Shown: piece by piece, positions 62,543-64,000 of the stretch
How the letters are laid out: each line of letters begins with the position of its first letter
How positions within the stretch are numbered: the stretch's first letter is position 1
Origin: Nitrospirota bacterium
GTDB lineage: Bacteria; Nitrospirota; Nitrospiria; 2-01-FULL-66-17
NCBI GenBank assembly: GCA_049325335.1
Contig: JBMOMC010000001.1
Span: 288,001-352,000, forward strand
Direction: 5' to 3'
Length of the DNA: 64,000 bases
The notes under the pieces: model-generated
Seen by the model: only the letters and a program-made list of their open reading frames with translations
Database searches by the model: none
Told to the model about the DNA's origin: nothing
Position numbers and translations under genes: made by a program

Positions 62543-64000
62543 ATGGCGCTCCATCCTGATTTCCCGAAATCGCCGTACGCCGCTCTGGTGCCGGACCAAC
62601 GATGGTTCCCCGCCGCGGAGGAGCTTCGCACCACGGCGTATGAGCGGCTCATCCCGCCTCTGGTTGCCAAGATTCGTCATGAAGTCGCTGCATGGCGAGA
62701 TGGCGGCTATGCCGGTGCCTCGGACACCTCGCGCGCGCTCCTGCAATGGTGGTTTGAGACCGAGCATCTGATCGAGCAGGCGGATGGCACGCTGTCGCCG
62801 TTCCGCTATTACTTCGCGCAGCGCGAAGCCGTGGAGACGGTCATCTGGCTGCATGACGTGCGCAAAGTCAGGGACAAGTTCGACCTCCTACGCTATTCGT
62901 CGCTGAACGAGATATCTCCAGGTGATTTTGACGAGGACTGGCCGCGGTACGTCGTTAAAATGGCGACCGGCGCGGGTAAAACCAAGGTCATCTCGTTGCT
63001 GATTGCCTGGAGCTACTTTCACAAACTGTACGAACCCGACTCGGCGCTCGCGCGAAATTTCCTGCTCATCGCGCCGAACATCATCGTGCTGGATCGGCTG
63101 CGCGCGGATTTCGATGGCCTTCGAATCTTCTTCAACGACCCGATTCTCCCGGACAGCGGGCACGCGGGCCGCAATTGGCGCGACGACTTCCAACTCACAC
63201 TGCACATCCAGGACGACGTTCGCGTCGTGCGCGAGACGGGCAACCTCTTTCTCACCAACATCCACCGCGTCTATCTCGGGGATGTGCGCGAGCCCTCGTT
63301 GGAAGACGACGACTTGCGCGATTATTTTCTGGCCCCCTTCGGTCCCAAACCGGTCGGCAGGACGACCGACAGCAAGGCAGACCTGGGAGAGATGATTCGC
63401 GAGATCGATGAACTGGCCGTGTTCAATGACGAGGCCCACCACATCCACGACCCTAAGATGGCGTGGTTCAAGAGCATTCAGGACATCCACCATCGGATGC
63501 TGCAAAAGGACGGCCGCTTGGCCTTGCAAGTGGACGTGACCGCCACACCCCGGCACAACAACGGCAGCATCTTCGTGCAAACCGTCTCGGACTATCCGTT
63601 GGTCGAGGCCATTCATCAGAACGTCGTGAAGCACCCGGTGCTGCCGGATGCCGCCAGCCGAGCCCGGCTGCAGGAGCACACGAGCGCGATCTTCAGCGAG
63701 CGGTATGCCGATTACCTGCAACTGGGCATCGAAGAATGGCGCAAGAGCTATCCCGAGCACGAGCAGCTTGGGAAGAAAGCGGTGTTGTTCGTGATGGTGG
63801 ACGACACCAAAAACTGCGACGAGGTCGGCGCCTATCTGGAGAAGACCTGTCCGGAGCTGCAAGGGGCCGTACTGGTCATCCACACCAATCGGTCGGGCGA
63901 TATCTCCGAGTCCGCCTCCGGCAAGGCCAACAAGGACGAACTGGTGCGGCTGCGCGAACAGGCCAACAAGATCGACACCTGGGCCAGCCCGTATAAAGCC
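62543..64000 (+). CDS. Type III restriction enzyme Res-subunit-like helicase (3' truncated by the window)
   Basis: Open frame from ATG 62543 (MALHPDFPKSPY...) with YFAQREAVET, KMATGAGKT, NDEAHH and TATP; absent from the ORF track because it has no stop in the window. Confidence 0.85.
   Translation, partial: MALHPDFPKSPYAALVPDQRWFPAAEELRTTAYERLIPPLVAKIRHEVAAWRDGGYAGASDTSRALLQWWFETEHLIEQADGTLSPFRYYFAQREAVETVIWLHDVRKVRDKFDLLRYSSLNEISPGDFDEDWPRYVVKMATGAGKTKVISLLIAWSYFHKLYEPDSALARNFLLIAPNIIVLDRLRADFDGLRIFFNDPILPDSGHAGRNWRDDFQLTLHIQDDVRVVRETGNLFLTNIHRVYLGDVREPSLEDDDLRDYFLAPFGPKPVGRTTDSKADLGEMIREIDELAVFNDEAHHIHDPKMAWFKSIQDIHHRMLQKDGRLALQVDVTATPRHNNGSIFVQTVSDYPLVEAIHQNVVKHPVLPDAASRARLQEHTSAIFSERYADYLQLGIEEWRKSYPEHEQLGKKAVLFVMVDDTKNCDEVGAYLEKTCPELQGAVLVIHTNRSGDISESASGKANKDELVRLREQANKIDTWASPYKA

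Noticed and set aside
62888..63883. 331-aa minus-strand ORF
   Set aside because: Antisense shadow of the Res helicase frame

Overview
This is a GC-rich chromosomal window from a diderm (outer-membrane) bacterium. The gene mix is compatible with Nitrospirota or a deltaproteobacterial-like lineage, but that is an inference only. Most of the window is core genome: ccmH/ccmI, an ABC-F ATPase, a dnaJ / sigma-54 activator / hsp20 stress locus, uvrC, a K+/H+ antiporter, rpsB-tsf-pyrH-frr running into alr-mlaEFD, rhlB, xseB-ispA-dxs-lipA-glgA-GH57-rnr, tRNA-Met and serS, ending in a truncated type III restriction Res gene. The most interesting candidates are: (1) a diheme cytochrome c fused to an FGE domain that keeps the CX4C motif, paired with an FGE-fold lipoprotein lacking that motif; (2) a CHASE2-GAF-HD-GYP / FecR / outer-membrane barrel trans-envelope signalling module; (3) a PA2779-type double-glycine substrate with a C39 peptidase and TPR lipoprotein embedded in a housekeeping operon; (4) a stand-alone Ser/Thr kinase islet at the 3' end of tRNA-Met with a possible decayed att copy; (5) a long MlaD with a C-terminal beta-rich domain; (6) an ApeA-like HEPN protein with an altered motif; (7) a recurring leaderless-promoter architecture in about nine genes; and (8) a candidate structured RNA upstream of a sensor kinase. 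All calls come from reading motifs by eye; no database searches were run.
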